64,000 nt of DNA from Octopus bimaculoides (Eukaryota), in NCBI RefSeq assembly GCF_001194135.2, contig NC_068985.1, positions 104,927,319 through 104,991,318 on the forward strand, given 5' to 3'. Position numbers and translations under genes: made by a program. The notes below the pieces were generated by a model. The model was not told the origin of the DNA. It worked only from the letters and a program-made list of their open reading frames with translations, and searched no databases. Each line of letters starts with the position of its first letter. The first letter of the stretch is position 1. This document shows positions 51,210 through 63,299 of the stretch, piece after piece.

Positions 51210-53732
51210 GACAATTTCAAATGTACATTATGGTATATCTAATTAGAAACAATACAAATTTTAATCATTGCTGTGATGTGTTATCTAATACACGTGTGCA
51301 AATATGTCTCTTCAATTAACTGACTACACTTCCTGCAAAAGTCACTGAAGTAAATCACTGATTTACCAAAACGATAATGTAAATGACTAAATATCTATAG
51401 GCTCCCGCATTTCTTGACTTACAAGACATTTTTTACCTTGGGGGCAGAAAAAAAAAAAAACCTAAAGTTATTCCACACCTTATTAATAAGCAGACTGAAG
51501 TTTGACAACTAAGTCCAGTCTTATCTGGAAGCCCAGTCTTGTAAGTCAACATTTAGAATTCACACACAATATATCCCAGAACTATGATCATCATATTGGT
51601 TTGTAATGTCATTTCTAAGTATTTTTTCATGCTTGCATGAGAGTATGTTGGGGCAGAGTTTTATTTACAACAAGATACCCTTCCTATTGCCAACCAAGGT
51701 AATAATCTATCAAAAACAGCCCAGACATGTTTACATGGAGAATTGGAAACAAGCAAAAACCATATGAATGAAGCACTTGTTTACAAAGCTGGGACATACT
51801 TTTGCAGTGGACAGCAAGTGAGCAGCACCATCATCGAAGCCATTATTTACAACCAACAAGCACACATGAAGGCAAGATAAATCCAAACTTACTGACTCAC
51901 ACACACAATGAATCAGTCATGATTCACACGCAGACAGAGTACCTCTGATGTAAAGCTAACTATTTTAGTAATTCAGATGACACTACTACTCTACAACACT
52001 ACACATTGGCAGTTAAACAGAAGGCAAACATACATAATTAGTTACAATTTATAAGTTGTAGAATATACCAAACAATATGACAACTAAGCAACAGTCTGGA
52101 CCACTGCCAAGTAAAAAGAATAAAAAATGATTTATGAGTGGAGAAAACATTAAAGAAAACGGAAATGGAACAATAAAGTCTTCATCATACAATCATTAAA
52201 TTCTCACTGGGGAAAACCATAAAATTATGGATACATAAAGTAAGAGGTACAGTCTCAACAAAGATGAAAATATTTGAGATTAGCAGACAAAGGAATGTAC
52301 AAGATGAATCTGCTGGATCTTCATCTTGGTGCTGCCATTTCATGAAGAGACACGACATAAGCAAGAGCATAAAGCTCAAGAAGGCAAAAAAGCTAACATG
52401 AAGGAGTGGAGGCTAAAATGATTAATAATGGTCAGCAATAGTTCCCACTCCCATAGATCAAACGGCTCACTGAGGCAGATTTCTGATGGCCAGATGCTCT
52501 TGCTGTCAGAAGCCCTCACTATTTCCCATTAATGATAATGCCTTCCCATAGTCTGGACAGGTTTCCATACAAGACTACAAACAAACAACACTGTTTGCAT
52601 GATGGTGATTATTTACAGTTGGTGTACAATATCAAGACTACAAAACAGAACCACATACACACTACCAAGATACATTTCTTTTCAAATTTTTAACTTTGTA
52701 GATTCTTTTTAAACCTTTTATATGAATTTTTCAGTGTGCCACACAGTCAAATGAATTACATTCTCACAGCTCTGCCCCCCATGCCAAATCCAGGTCAGAA
52801 GAGACAGACAAACAGACAGTGTGTGTGTGTGTGTGTATACGTACACACATTTACAAACATAACATTAAATTCAAAAACTCGAAAAATCTTTAACCCTCCA
52901 AGGAAACAAAATATCTAAAATACAAAAGGCAAATGACTATCCACCGTCTTTCTCAATATACAAATTTAATTCTTTAACTACACCTAACAACATATAATGA
53001 CTACATGAACCCACACAACTAGTTAACCATCACCAAAATACCATCCTCTTTGCCAACTAACTGCTCAGAATATTACTTCTGAAGTGTCTCACAAAACACT
53101 GACCTCCATCTCATCAAGTGTGCTGAAATTATCCATTGGCAACTTTAAATGGCAAAAAAAAGTTGGTAATTTCAAAACCAAATAGACACAAGAACATTAT
53201 TTTATGCATTTAATTAACCAACAGCATTCAGTTTCTCTTTCAAGTAACATTCCATGTTCCCAAAAGGAAGAAAATATGTTAGACGCTGCTATTGTGTTTG
53301 CATACTGTCATCAGTTGTAGTTTCATCCATCAAGGTCCACAAATGTTATCTCATCTCTCCAAACCTGAATTCTTTAACCATAACTAACTACTGGATCAAT
53401 GACCAAACCTTATCTACTCTCCCACTTAATTTTTTCAGTCTTCTGTAGTAAACCAAAGCATATACAAACGCGTGCACTGAAACACATACATTTATATCTG
53501 AAAACGCACACACAAATGCAAGTCTACATACTCATTTACAAGTACACTCTTAAGCAAACATGTATATACAAGTATAAGCATACATGAGGAGTGCTTTATC
53601 TTGTGCTTATGAGCAATTTTTACATCATCAGATTATGACACATATTCAAAGTACGTCACAAACAACAAGCAAGTTCAAGATGAACAAAAACTATTCATCA
53701 TGTCTTCTCAGACTTTGCCAATAAAAATATGC

Positions 53733-54095
53733 TGCGAGGTTGTGTAGTAAGAAGTTTGCTTCCCAACCACATGGCTCCGGGTTCAGTCCCACTGTGTGGT
53801 ACCTTGGGCAAGTGTCTCCTACTATAACCTCAGGCCGACCAAAGCCTTGTGAGTGGATTTGACAGATGGAAACTGAAAGAAAACCATCGTATATGTGCAA
53901 GTATGTGTTTGTCCCCAAACACTGCTTGACAACTGGTGTTGTTTCCATCTCCATAACAGTGGTTTGGCAAAAGATATTGATAGAATAAGTACCAGGCTTA
54001 ACAAAAAAAACAAAAAAAAAAAAAAAAAAAAGTACTAGGGTCAATTCATTTGACTAAAAAAATTGCTCAAGGTGGTGTCCCAGCACCGCTGTAGT
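53733..54095 (+). mobile_element. OR-like SINE
   Basis: Head tgtgtagtaagaagtttgcttcccaaccacatgg and full body. Confidence 0.85.
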
Positions 54096-54345
54096 CTAAT
54101 AAAACATATCAAATCAACAGGACTTCATTTTGGAGTTTTGCCTTTTATCAGTTTTATTTCTTAGGTGGTTTTATGCTCACACAAAATACACATGCTTGTC
54201 AAAGTCACAATATTTATGCCCTTTGATGTAAGCCCTCCTGAAACTGCTCCTGAGTCTACGATACAAATTTCATGATTTCAAGCAATTTAAATTAAAATTG
54301 CTTCAAATTTGCATCAAAATTTTTTATAAAATCATTTCACAATAT

Positions 54346-54735
54346 AGGCGCAGGAGTGGCTGTGTGGTAAGTAGCTTGCTTACCAACCACATGGTTCAGA
54401 GTTCAGTCCCACTGCGTGGTACCTTGGGCAAGTGTCTTCTACTATAGCCTCGGGCCGACCAAATCCTTGTGAGTGGATTCGGTAGACGGAAACTGAAAGA
54501 AGCCCGTCGTATATATGTATGTGTGTGTGTGTACATATATATATATATATGTATGTATATATGTATGTGCGTGTGTTTGTCCCCCACCATCGCTTGACAT
54601 CCAATGCTGGTGTGTTTATATCCCCGTAACTTAGCGGTTCGGACTTACAAAGAATAAGTCCTGGGGTCGATTTTCTCGACTAAAAGTGGTGCTCCAGCAT
54701 GGCCACAGTCAAATGACTGAAACAAGTAAAAGAGT
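54346..54735 (+). mobile_element. Full-length young OR-like SINE
   Basis: aggcgcaggagtggctgtgtggtaagtagcttgcttacc... to aaatgactgaaacaagtaaaagagt. CpGs retained. Confidence 0.92.
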
Positions 54736-54860
54736 AATATTAACTGAAAAGTAATGCATTCAACAGAGATAATATGTTAAGAGGTAAAAAGGATCCTTTT
54801 CCCACATTTTACACAAGCTTTACTAAACACAGGACACTTTGATAGCATATGTTTACATAC

Positions 54861-54950
54861 ACTAGAGCTACACTTATAAATCAATTTATACTTGTTTCTA
54901 TCAACATACAAGGCAGTGATATCATCAAGATTGTTTTCACTTTCATGCAT
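54861..54950 (-). CDS. Probable upstream exon of the START gene (MHESENNLDDITALYVDRNKYKLIYKCSSS)
   Basis: tttttaaatttcag / gtatgt, 90 nt, phase 0-0. Joins the 41175 exon in frame. No homology support. Confidence 0.55.
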
Positions 54951-55579
54951 CTGAAATTTAAAAATCATTTCAAGCTGTTGACTGAAATCAATACATGCAC
55001 TGAGCTTGAGAAAGAAGACTTGGTCGATTCATGATATTTACTTTATTTTCTGTGTATAATGGTGTCATCAGTTATAGATTTCTTACAGGCTAGTCACAAG
55101 TCTAAATTCGTGCTGGTGAAAATGACAATGGGAGTGTGTGCAATTTGGGAGGATTAAATACCATAAGTTGGGTTTTTGATTTTTTCTTAATCCTTCTGAT
55201 ACCAACATACCTAAAACCACACCCTAGTTCCATGTTTTAAAGTAATAATTAAAACTTTCCATCAAAATTGCATGCTATGGTGTTCCAAACACCAGCTTAC
55301 AAAATCATTTTCAAAATTATTTAAAACAAAGATTGGTGTATTTTAACAGAAATATAGTAACAGAAAGGTTAAGGTGTTAAAAACAAATGGTAAATTTCCT
55401 CTTTGATAGGATGCCAACCTTATAGATAACATAGCTAGATCAGCTAAGTGAAATAATATCTGAAAGTCGAATACCATATTGATTTAGCTATTTTGCATCT
55501 AAGATATGCAATGAAGTGCAAGAGAACATGGATAGCTGTGTTAATAAATGCACCTCACAGCCATACAATTCTGGAGTCA

Positions 55580-56110
55580 TCTCACTGCACAGCATCTTAG
55601 GTTAGCATCTTCTGCCATACACTCTGGGATAAACCAATGCCTTGTGAACTAAATATGGCAAATTGTATGTGCATATACACTGAAATAAAAGATGTGCCCA
55701 AAGCAAAACTGTACAAGACCCAATATGCCAGTTTCTTCAATAGTACCATCCTACCTGCACTCTTATATGCAAGTAAGACATGGGCTACTATGAAGAGAAA
55801 GAACTTTGATTGGCTGTAATACAAAGGAGCCATGGAAAGATCCATGCTCAGAATATCAGAAATGAGGTCAGATGAAAATTGAGTGAAGTGACTGCTGTGA
55901 TTGCAGAATACCAAAAACAAAGATTCTGCATCAGACATACCCAAGATTCAAACAAGTGGACCAGTGAAAGTGGCCAAGTGGTATCCAAGAGATCGGGAAA
56001 GGCCACTCAGAAGGACTCCATACCAGTAAGATGATTTAGTTAAACAACTTGGGACAAGATGGTACAGAAGGGTGCAATCAAGAAAGAATTGGAAGTGAAT
56101 TGAGGAAATA
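55580..56110 (+). mobile_element. Decayed RTE-clade LINE 3' ORF fragment
   Basis: FFNSTILPALLYASKTW, RSMERSML and WYPRDRERP motifs. Confidence 0.75.
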
Positions 56111-57355
56111 TTCAATAGTTTAGTCAATACAAATGATGATCGATATGTATACACACACACACACACACACACAGTCATCATTTAACATCTAATTTCCTTG
56201 CTGGCCTGGGTTGGATGGCTTAACAGGATCCAGCAAGCCACGGGGACACATCAAGCTCCAATCTCAGCTTTAACAGTCTCTATGGCTGAATGTTTTCTCT
56301 ATTGTAAAAATATACCCAGCACTTTACAGTGTACTGGATGCTATTTTTTGTGCCAAAAGTGAATTTGGGTGAAAACTGAAGTATGCGTGCGTGCGTGTGT
56401 CTACTTGACATCATGTAATGTTGTGAATGAATCATTTCCAATATTCTGCAAAAACGTCTTTGACCTTGGGAAAATGCTGCCTTGCTTGGAAACAGGCAAG
56501 GGTTGGCAACAGGAAGGGTATCCAGTCATAGAAAATTGGCTTCAATAAGCTTCATCTGATCCACACAAGCATGTAAAAGATGTTTAATGGTAATGACACA
56601 CACCACCCACACACACAACTATGAGCATGTAGAAGCATCAAATTACTGCTAAGAATCTGTATTTAATCCACTTAAGCTGTTCAGACACTCCTTTGCCAAT
56701 TTCCCATCAAAAGTGACTAGCCAGTTAGAAACAATGATATCACTGTTCACAAATATATGATATAAAATAAATAAACAAAATAATTGAAATAAATCATGAC
56801 TTTAATAAGGAAATAAACTTGAGTATTGTGTGTAAAACAGAGTTTGAAAGAAAAAAAAAGTCTGAGAAATTTAGGTATGGTTATATTTTCAAAGAAGCAT
56901 ATTTGTAACACCAAATTAACAAATTTTTAAGTGAAGTGAAGTTTGTTTCTGAGTAACTAATGACCATCTTCCCTGCTGTAATTGTTTTACTTTCAACACA
57001 TCACCTGTTAGGCAAGTACATCTCCAAAATATATACTTGTAAATCTCAAAGTAAGTTCAGTACTTATCTATATTTCATTTCTACTCATAACTAATAATTG
57101 TTAATATACACATGGAAGCCACCTGGCTCAAACTAGCCTATTTGTTTAGTAAATATGACAATCTTTTGTTTCAGTCATGCTGGGGCACTGCCTTGAAGGG
57201 TTTTAGTCAAGCAAATCAACCCCAGGCCTTTTTTTTAAGCCTAGCACTTATTCTATTAGTCTTTTGGCTGAGCCACCAATTTACAGGGACATAAACACAG
57301 CAACATTGATTGTCAAGCGATGGTGATGGCCAGAGTCAAAAACACACAGATATAT

Positions 57356-57714
57356 ACTCTTTTACTCGTTTCAGTCTTCTGATTGTGGCCATGCTGGAGC
57401 ACCGCCTTTAGTCGAGCAAATCGACCCCAGGACTTATTCTATCGGTCTCTTTTGCCGAACCGCTAAGTTACGGGAACATAAACACACCAGCATCGGTTGT
57501 CAAGCGATGTTGAGGGGACAAACACAGACACACAAACACATACATATATACAACGGGCTTCTTTCAGTTTCCGTCTACCAAATCCACTCACAAAGCTTTG
57601 GTCGGCCCGAGGCTATAGTAGAAGACACTTGCCCAAGATGCCACGCAGTGGGACTGAACCCGGGACCATGTGGTTGGTAAGCAAGCTACTTACCACACAG
57701 CCACTCCCACGCCT
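57356..57714 (-). mobile_element. Full-length young OR-like SINE (inverted relative to 54346-54735)
   Basis: The reverse complement starts aggcgtgggagtggctgtgtggtaagtagcttgcttaccaaccacatgg. Confidence 0.92.
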
Positions 57715-57749
57715 ATAATATATATATATATATATTAGTTATATATTCT

Positions 57750-58250
57750 GTTAATAATGTCGTCGAAAACAGTATAAAGCTGGTCCACCTTCAGATTTAC
57801 CTTGTGCTATCCAGTAATAGAATTATATATACTTCCAGGTTTGAGTTTGGGTATCTGTTTTAAATGAAAACATTTTTGGGCATCTGTTATAAATGAAAAG
57901 ATTGGAGTCAACAAGAAGGTGTAAGATTGGAATTTCTTAATCACTACAATTGTTTCCACACAATGTAGTTCTCCAGGAGTGCAGGTACTTGATTATGAAA
58001 CTGTTTCCCTGCATTATGAGATCTAGTTGCGTTTCCTCAGGCGAAATGTAAATATTGACAACGTAAGTTTGAAATTCTCAGCTTCAAGAACATCCCCTCT
58101 ATTGTGGCCTGAATTTAGAAGTAGTCACTGAGCTTATCAGAGTATGTTGCTGCTCAAGGGCCGTTCACAAACTGCTTTGAATGTGTAGATGTAGTAGGAT
58201 GGTAATTCTGGTACTGTTAAAGTGGTTGCTGTTTTAAAGGGATTGGCATT
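57750..58250 (-). mobile_element. Possible decayed Penelope-like 3' fragment
   Basis: Weak resemblance to the GIY-YIG region and pLTR end (ctgaaggtggacc...). Heavily diverged. Confidence 0.35.
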
Positions 58251-58746
58251 TTATTTCTTTGTAGTGCTGATTTATTCTTCATGCTTGGTTACACATGCAA
58301 TTTACCTAAGCTGACTTTCGAGATTCAACACTCAGACACAAACACACAAGTTTCTTTCAGTTTCCATCTACCAAATCCAAACTTCCTGTTTTAAAGAAAT
58401 TGAAATTAAAACCTTCCAGCAAAATTTTATGATCCAAGCACCAGATTAATAAGGACAAAGTTATTTTAACTTTTACATTTTCAAAATTGAGAGAAATATG
58501 GTGTATGCATGTTTGAGTCTGTCCTTTTGTCTTACCATCACATGATGGTTGTAAACAAGCAACACCATCATACAAGCAGTGTCATTCATTTCCAATCTTC
58601 CATGTAAACTGGTGCAGACTGGCAACAGGAACGACATCCAGCCACACAGAACTTGCCTCAATGAATTCCATTTGATTCATGCAAGTATGGAAAAGTGGTC
58701 AATAAAACAAATAGGAACCTATGTAAAATGAATCAAGTAGAGTTAC

Positions 58747-58793
58747 CACTGTTACACAGGGACAGGACATTTCTTTGTTGGCAGTTAAAATGT
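58747..58793 (-). CDS. Candidate start-codon exon of the START gene (5' UTR plus MSCPCVTV; ATG at 58770-58768)
   Basis: Strong acceptor ttttgtttttgttgtctag, donor gtaact. The phase-0 end joins 54950 in frame. Short, so chance is not excluded. Confidence 0.38.
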
Positions 58794-60722
58794 CTAGACA
58801 ACAAAAACAAAACCTAATTCAAAACCATCCACTAAACACTTCGAAATAGACAGAAACAGCTGAATGTCCAGTTAAACAAGAGTTCATTCTGACAAGTTAT
58901 TCAAACTTGCCTTTGTGATTGCCAATAGACAACAATTACAATTTAGATAATAAAATGAAGCCTACTGCTTTAAAAATGTTTATGACTCATTACCACAATG
59001 TAATTAATCAACTGAAAATAGAGACTTCCTGAGCTCATTCATAATAATAATATGGAAATGAATATGACATAGATTACCAAAATCTTTTATACTCCATAAG
59101 GCTAGTTGTGTGGTAGTCGAATCAAAAGAGAATACAAAATTATCTGCACACAAAAACAGTCTGCAATACAATCAATTTTTACATCATTGCAGATCTGTAA
59201 TACAACTCTTTTGTATGCATCTCAATCCTGCATCACCTCAGCTGTAAGAGCTTATTCTCTTAAAAGGAGTTTAACCACTTTCTCAATCCACTTTTGCATC
59301 CAATGTATTTTTAATCCTTTCATGAAACATTTGAGATCAACACATCTTTTCAAAAATGCTGTTTCAGGTAACTGTGTCACAAAGAAGTTTGTTTTAGGTT
59401 CAGTCCTTGCGTAAGTGTCTTCAAATACAGCCTCAGGCCAATCAAAGCCCTGAGTGCAGGTGGTAGACAGAAACTCAACAAAACCTGTTGTGCATGCACG
59501 TTTCATGGGTTTGACATCATATAATAGTTGTAAATAAGTATCACTGTCATACAAGCAGTATTATTCATTTGAAATCAGGTGAGGATGGGTGACAAAGGTT
59601 TCTAGCTGTAGAAATTCTGTCTCAATGAATTTTGTCAGACCCATGCAAACTTGGAAAAGTAATTATGATGAATGTTTTTTTCACTTTTAAGATAGTAGGC
59701 TACTTAAAGAGTGTTTGGCTTCTATTGCTAGCAGGATCAATCCTATAGCGACATACTCACTGGCTTTTGTATTGTGATCTACAAATGCTATGAAGACAGC
59801 CTTAAATTACTACTAGAAGGAATCCCTGCTTCCTCCCATAACAGGTAAATTTATACTCATTAGGCTCAGACCTCCAGCAAAGGCCTCCTTTCAGTTACCA
59901 ATGACCTTTCTCCTTCCCACCAAGTAGTGAAAGTGACCTATCTAGAAAACTGGACAATCAAAACAAACCCAACATTACATGAAAATGGTTCTGCTTTAAT
60001 TGTATAATGGAAATAAAGATTCTATGAACTGCAGAAAACAACTCATCTAGGAGGGCAGTAATTGTAAATTAAAACAATAGCGAGAACAATCTGATGCTGA
60101 TATTATAAAATGCACCCAGTCCATACTGTAAAGTGCCTGGTGGGGTTTGAACATTGAAATCCCAGAGTCAAAATCTCAAATATAATCCAAGAAATTTCTT
60201 AAATCCTTTACAGGATATTTGTTTACATTTTCAAAAGGGTATTTAAGAAGTATTAAAAAGATTAAGATTAGGACAGTCATAGGCAACACAGCAGTAACAA
60301 TGATTTTTGAAAATGAGTCACAGTCAAGCTGACATAAGCAAAAGAAACATTTCTATAGGGTCCTCTTGCAGACTAATAAAAGACTACAGTGACTTTGTTA
60401 TAACTAATATCATGATGAGTCTAAGTTCGTGTGTACATGGAGGCTATGGTTTGGATATAAGGAATAAAGAAAAATCAAGGATGCTGGTATTCTGTGATAC
60501 AAATGACAATCTTTTGCAAAACAAATTTTAGAAAACCAGCCAGCCACCTGATTGGTACCACTCTGGCAAAGACTTCATGCTTGCCAGAAAATGGGACAAA
60601 CAACTGGCTAGGAATACTAAGTCATTCTCTGGTGAATGAATGTACATAGAGCAGTGTTGAGTGAGCAGAGTATAATAGTTAATATGTACTCAGGGATAGA
60701 AGATAAACTGGGACAGAGTGTA

Positions 60723-61885
60723 TGAGGGTGAGCTGAAAAGTTCATAGGCTGTGAAACCTTGCAGTAACTTCAACTTTTAATAACTGCATTGTTTCTTTCT
60801 AGGTAAACTGACATTTGATTGTCAAGGAAGACTTCAAAAGTAACTAGTAGCAACTTCTCTTCAAAATGGACAAAATTTGGGATTGTAGTGTTAACTACCT
60901 GCAGAAAAAGGGTTTAGCCCCCAAGGGCATTCAAGCTGACAGTTACATTACTCCAGTTTTATCACTAGTGCATAAAGTGGGCAGCTGAATTTAGGTAAGG
61001 AAGGGAGAATCTTGAAAATGACCCGACGTCTGGGCATCCTGCAACTGTCAAAAATACACTGAACATGTTTACCACATGGTAATGTATGACAGGTGATTGG
61101 CAATAAATCAAATAGACAATGCTATTAACATATCCCATGAGAGAATTGAGGATATTCTCCACAATGAACTTAGCATGACAAAGGTTTTTGTTCAGCAGGT
61201 GCCACGTTTTCTGACACCTGATCAAAAGCACACCAGGCTGATCACATGAGAAAATCTGACATTGTCTGAGGTAGATCCCGCTTGAACATTTTCCTAAGCC
61301 AGAATGAGGGCTGGCTTCTTCATTTTCAGCCAAAGAGTTCCATGAAGTGGACCCCCCCCCTCTTCACCTGCTCTAAGAAGGCCAATGTTGTTTTTATTTG
61401 CAAGGGGTGTGATGGCCTCTTTTTTTAGATGTAAAAGGCATTGTGTTTGTTGACTATCTTCAGAAAGGCCACACCATCAATGAAGAGTACTATGTCAACT
61501 TGCTGATGCAGCTGGCTATTAAGATCAAAAGCCCAGGAAAACTGATGAAAGAGGTCTTATTACATTGGGACAATGCTCTAGCACATAAGTCCTTGTGCCG
61601 TGTATGACTGGCTCTGATCATGTTAATTGCTCTCTATTCTCATTTGGCCCTGTTCAACTCATCTATTCCCCAACATAAAAAAAACTTGGCTGGCAACCAG
61701 TATTGCAATGATGATGACATCTACTGTTGATGTCTTTTTTGACTAACAGGATGAAAAGCTTTTCCACCAAATTGATCAAAGCACTGCAACCCCAAAAGAA
61801 GTCAGTGGACCATAAGGGAGTCCTCATTCAGTCACATTCCATGGGAGTATCTTGGTCAGTCTATGACCTTTTCAGACAACCCTCA
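60723..61885 (+). mobile_element. Near full-length decayed mariner (DD34D-type) element
   Basis: TA-flanked TIRs tatgagggtgagctgaaaagttcataggctg vs tatgagggttgtctgaaaaggtcatagactg. Motifs WAAEFR, (W)VPRFLTPDQK, KGIVFVDYLQKGHTIN and LHWDNALAH, with many stops and frameshifts. Confidence 0.88.
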
Positions 61886-62399
61886 TATGGCAGATAAAAT
61901 CCCTTGTCATATGTAAACTCAAAGTTCCATAGGTGGAGATGGCTATGAACCAAATGACAAATGAGTTTCTAAGAAACAACCAGCAGAGAACCACAGACCA
62001 TATGTTTGAATGGAGCAAAGTTCCAACCACAAAAAAAAATAACAGGCTGGTGGCATATGATAGAGCTATAAAAGCCACAAGGTAAGAAAGAATGAAGAAA
62101 AACGAGTAAGGGAATGATACTGGGTAGCTAAAAAAAAAAAAAGCCAGGTGTCAAGTATATTGAGCAAAGAGTAATTGAAAGTTATGAGCTTTACCAATGT
62201 TCTGCATAATGACAAAAAGAAGCAGGGAAATGTTATTTCGAGAGATTCCTGAATTGAGGGGAATATGCAGGAGAAAGAGGGACTACACCCAAACAGACCC
62301 AATATGAAACCAACTATTTAGGCTGACAGCTCTACTTTCAGAAATAGTAGCTAAGATATTGAAAATATCTGGTGAAGCTGGATGTGCTGGCTTTTGCAA

Positions 62400-62950
62400 A
62401 GTTAATCAGATAGTACAAGATGGTGCTTTCTGAAAAAATGGCATAGTGGTAACAGCATCACCTGCTCTGGGAAGCAACAATAGAAACATTAAATTGATGG
62501 ACCAAGCTAAAAAAAAAGTGGTAGAAAGAGCTACAGCATAGCTAATTAAAAATCAGTTTGGGTTTAGACCTAGGGCAAGTAGCCATTGATGTTTGCTTAG
62601 TGGGACAACTGCAGAAGTTCTTTGCCAAGAGTAAGCCAATATATCAAGCATTCATTGAACTGGAGAAGGTTTTTGTCAAGGTAGTCTAGTGACCACTGAG
62701 AAAGCTAGTGCAAATGAATGGTTCTGAGAGCTATAGAAGTTCTCAGTAATGCAAGAGTTAGCAATGAGTACAGTTAGATATTTAGCATGCATGCTCGTGT
62801 CCAAGATCGGTTCTCAACACCCTCCTGTTATTAGTTTCCATCAATAACAGAGGAATTTAAGACCAGGTGTCTTCAGAATGCCAATGACCTAGTCCTCACA
62901 GATAAATCAGTCGATGAATTAAAGGAAACATTCCTAACGTGGAATTTTGA
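62400..62950 (+). mobile_element. Highly decayed RTE RT fragment
   Basis: QFGFRP-like cagtttgggtttagacct and AFIELEK-like gcattcattgaactggagaag. Confidence 0.5.
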
Positions 62951-63299
62951 AGTCTAAAAGTAAAACGAAAGAAAAAAAAAATACAGCTGTCTAATGGAAT
63001 GTGGCCACGTTCCATAAGCAGAAAAGGAATAGAAACTATGTATCCAATGTAAAATACAGGTGCAAAGAAATTATTTCACAACAGGGTTGATAGAGAGGAA
63101 ACCTTTGTATGCAAGAGATGAACAGTAGTAGTTAGCAGTTGACTCAGTATATAAAGAGAAATGCGATCCACCAAACATGTAATTTTACTAGTTTTTATAG
63201 AACAAGCCTTTCTTCCCTTTATCAATGGTGTCTGGAATGGTGGATAAATGGATGAAAAAGGACTCCACATACAAAAAATTAGTTGCCAAATGGATAGCA

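Noticed and set aside
54165-54227. Plus-strand 63-nt exon-like segment
   Set aside because: Its donor falls within the start of a piggyBac-like MITE relic, so it is likely coincidental.
56920-57003. Minus-strand frame GDVLKVKQLQQGRWSL
   Set aside because: Acceptor plausible but no convincing donor, and not needed for frame continuity.
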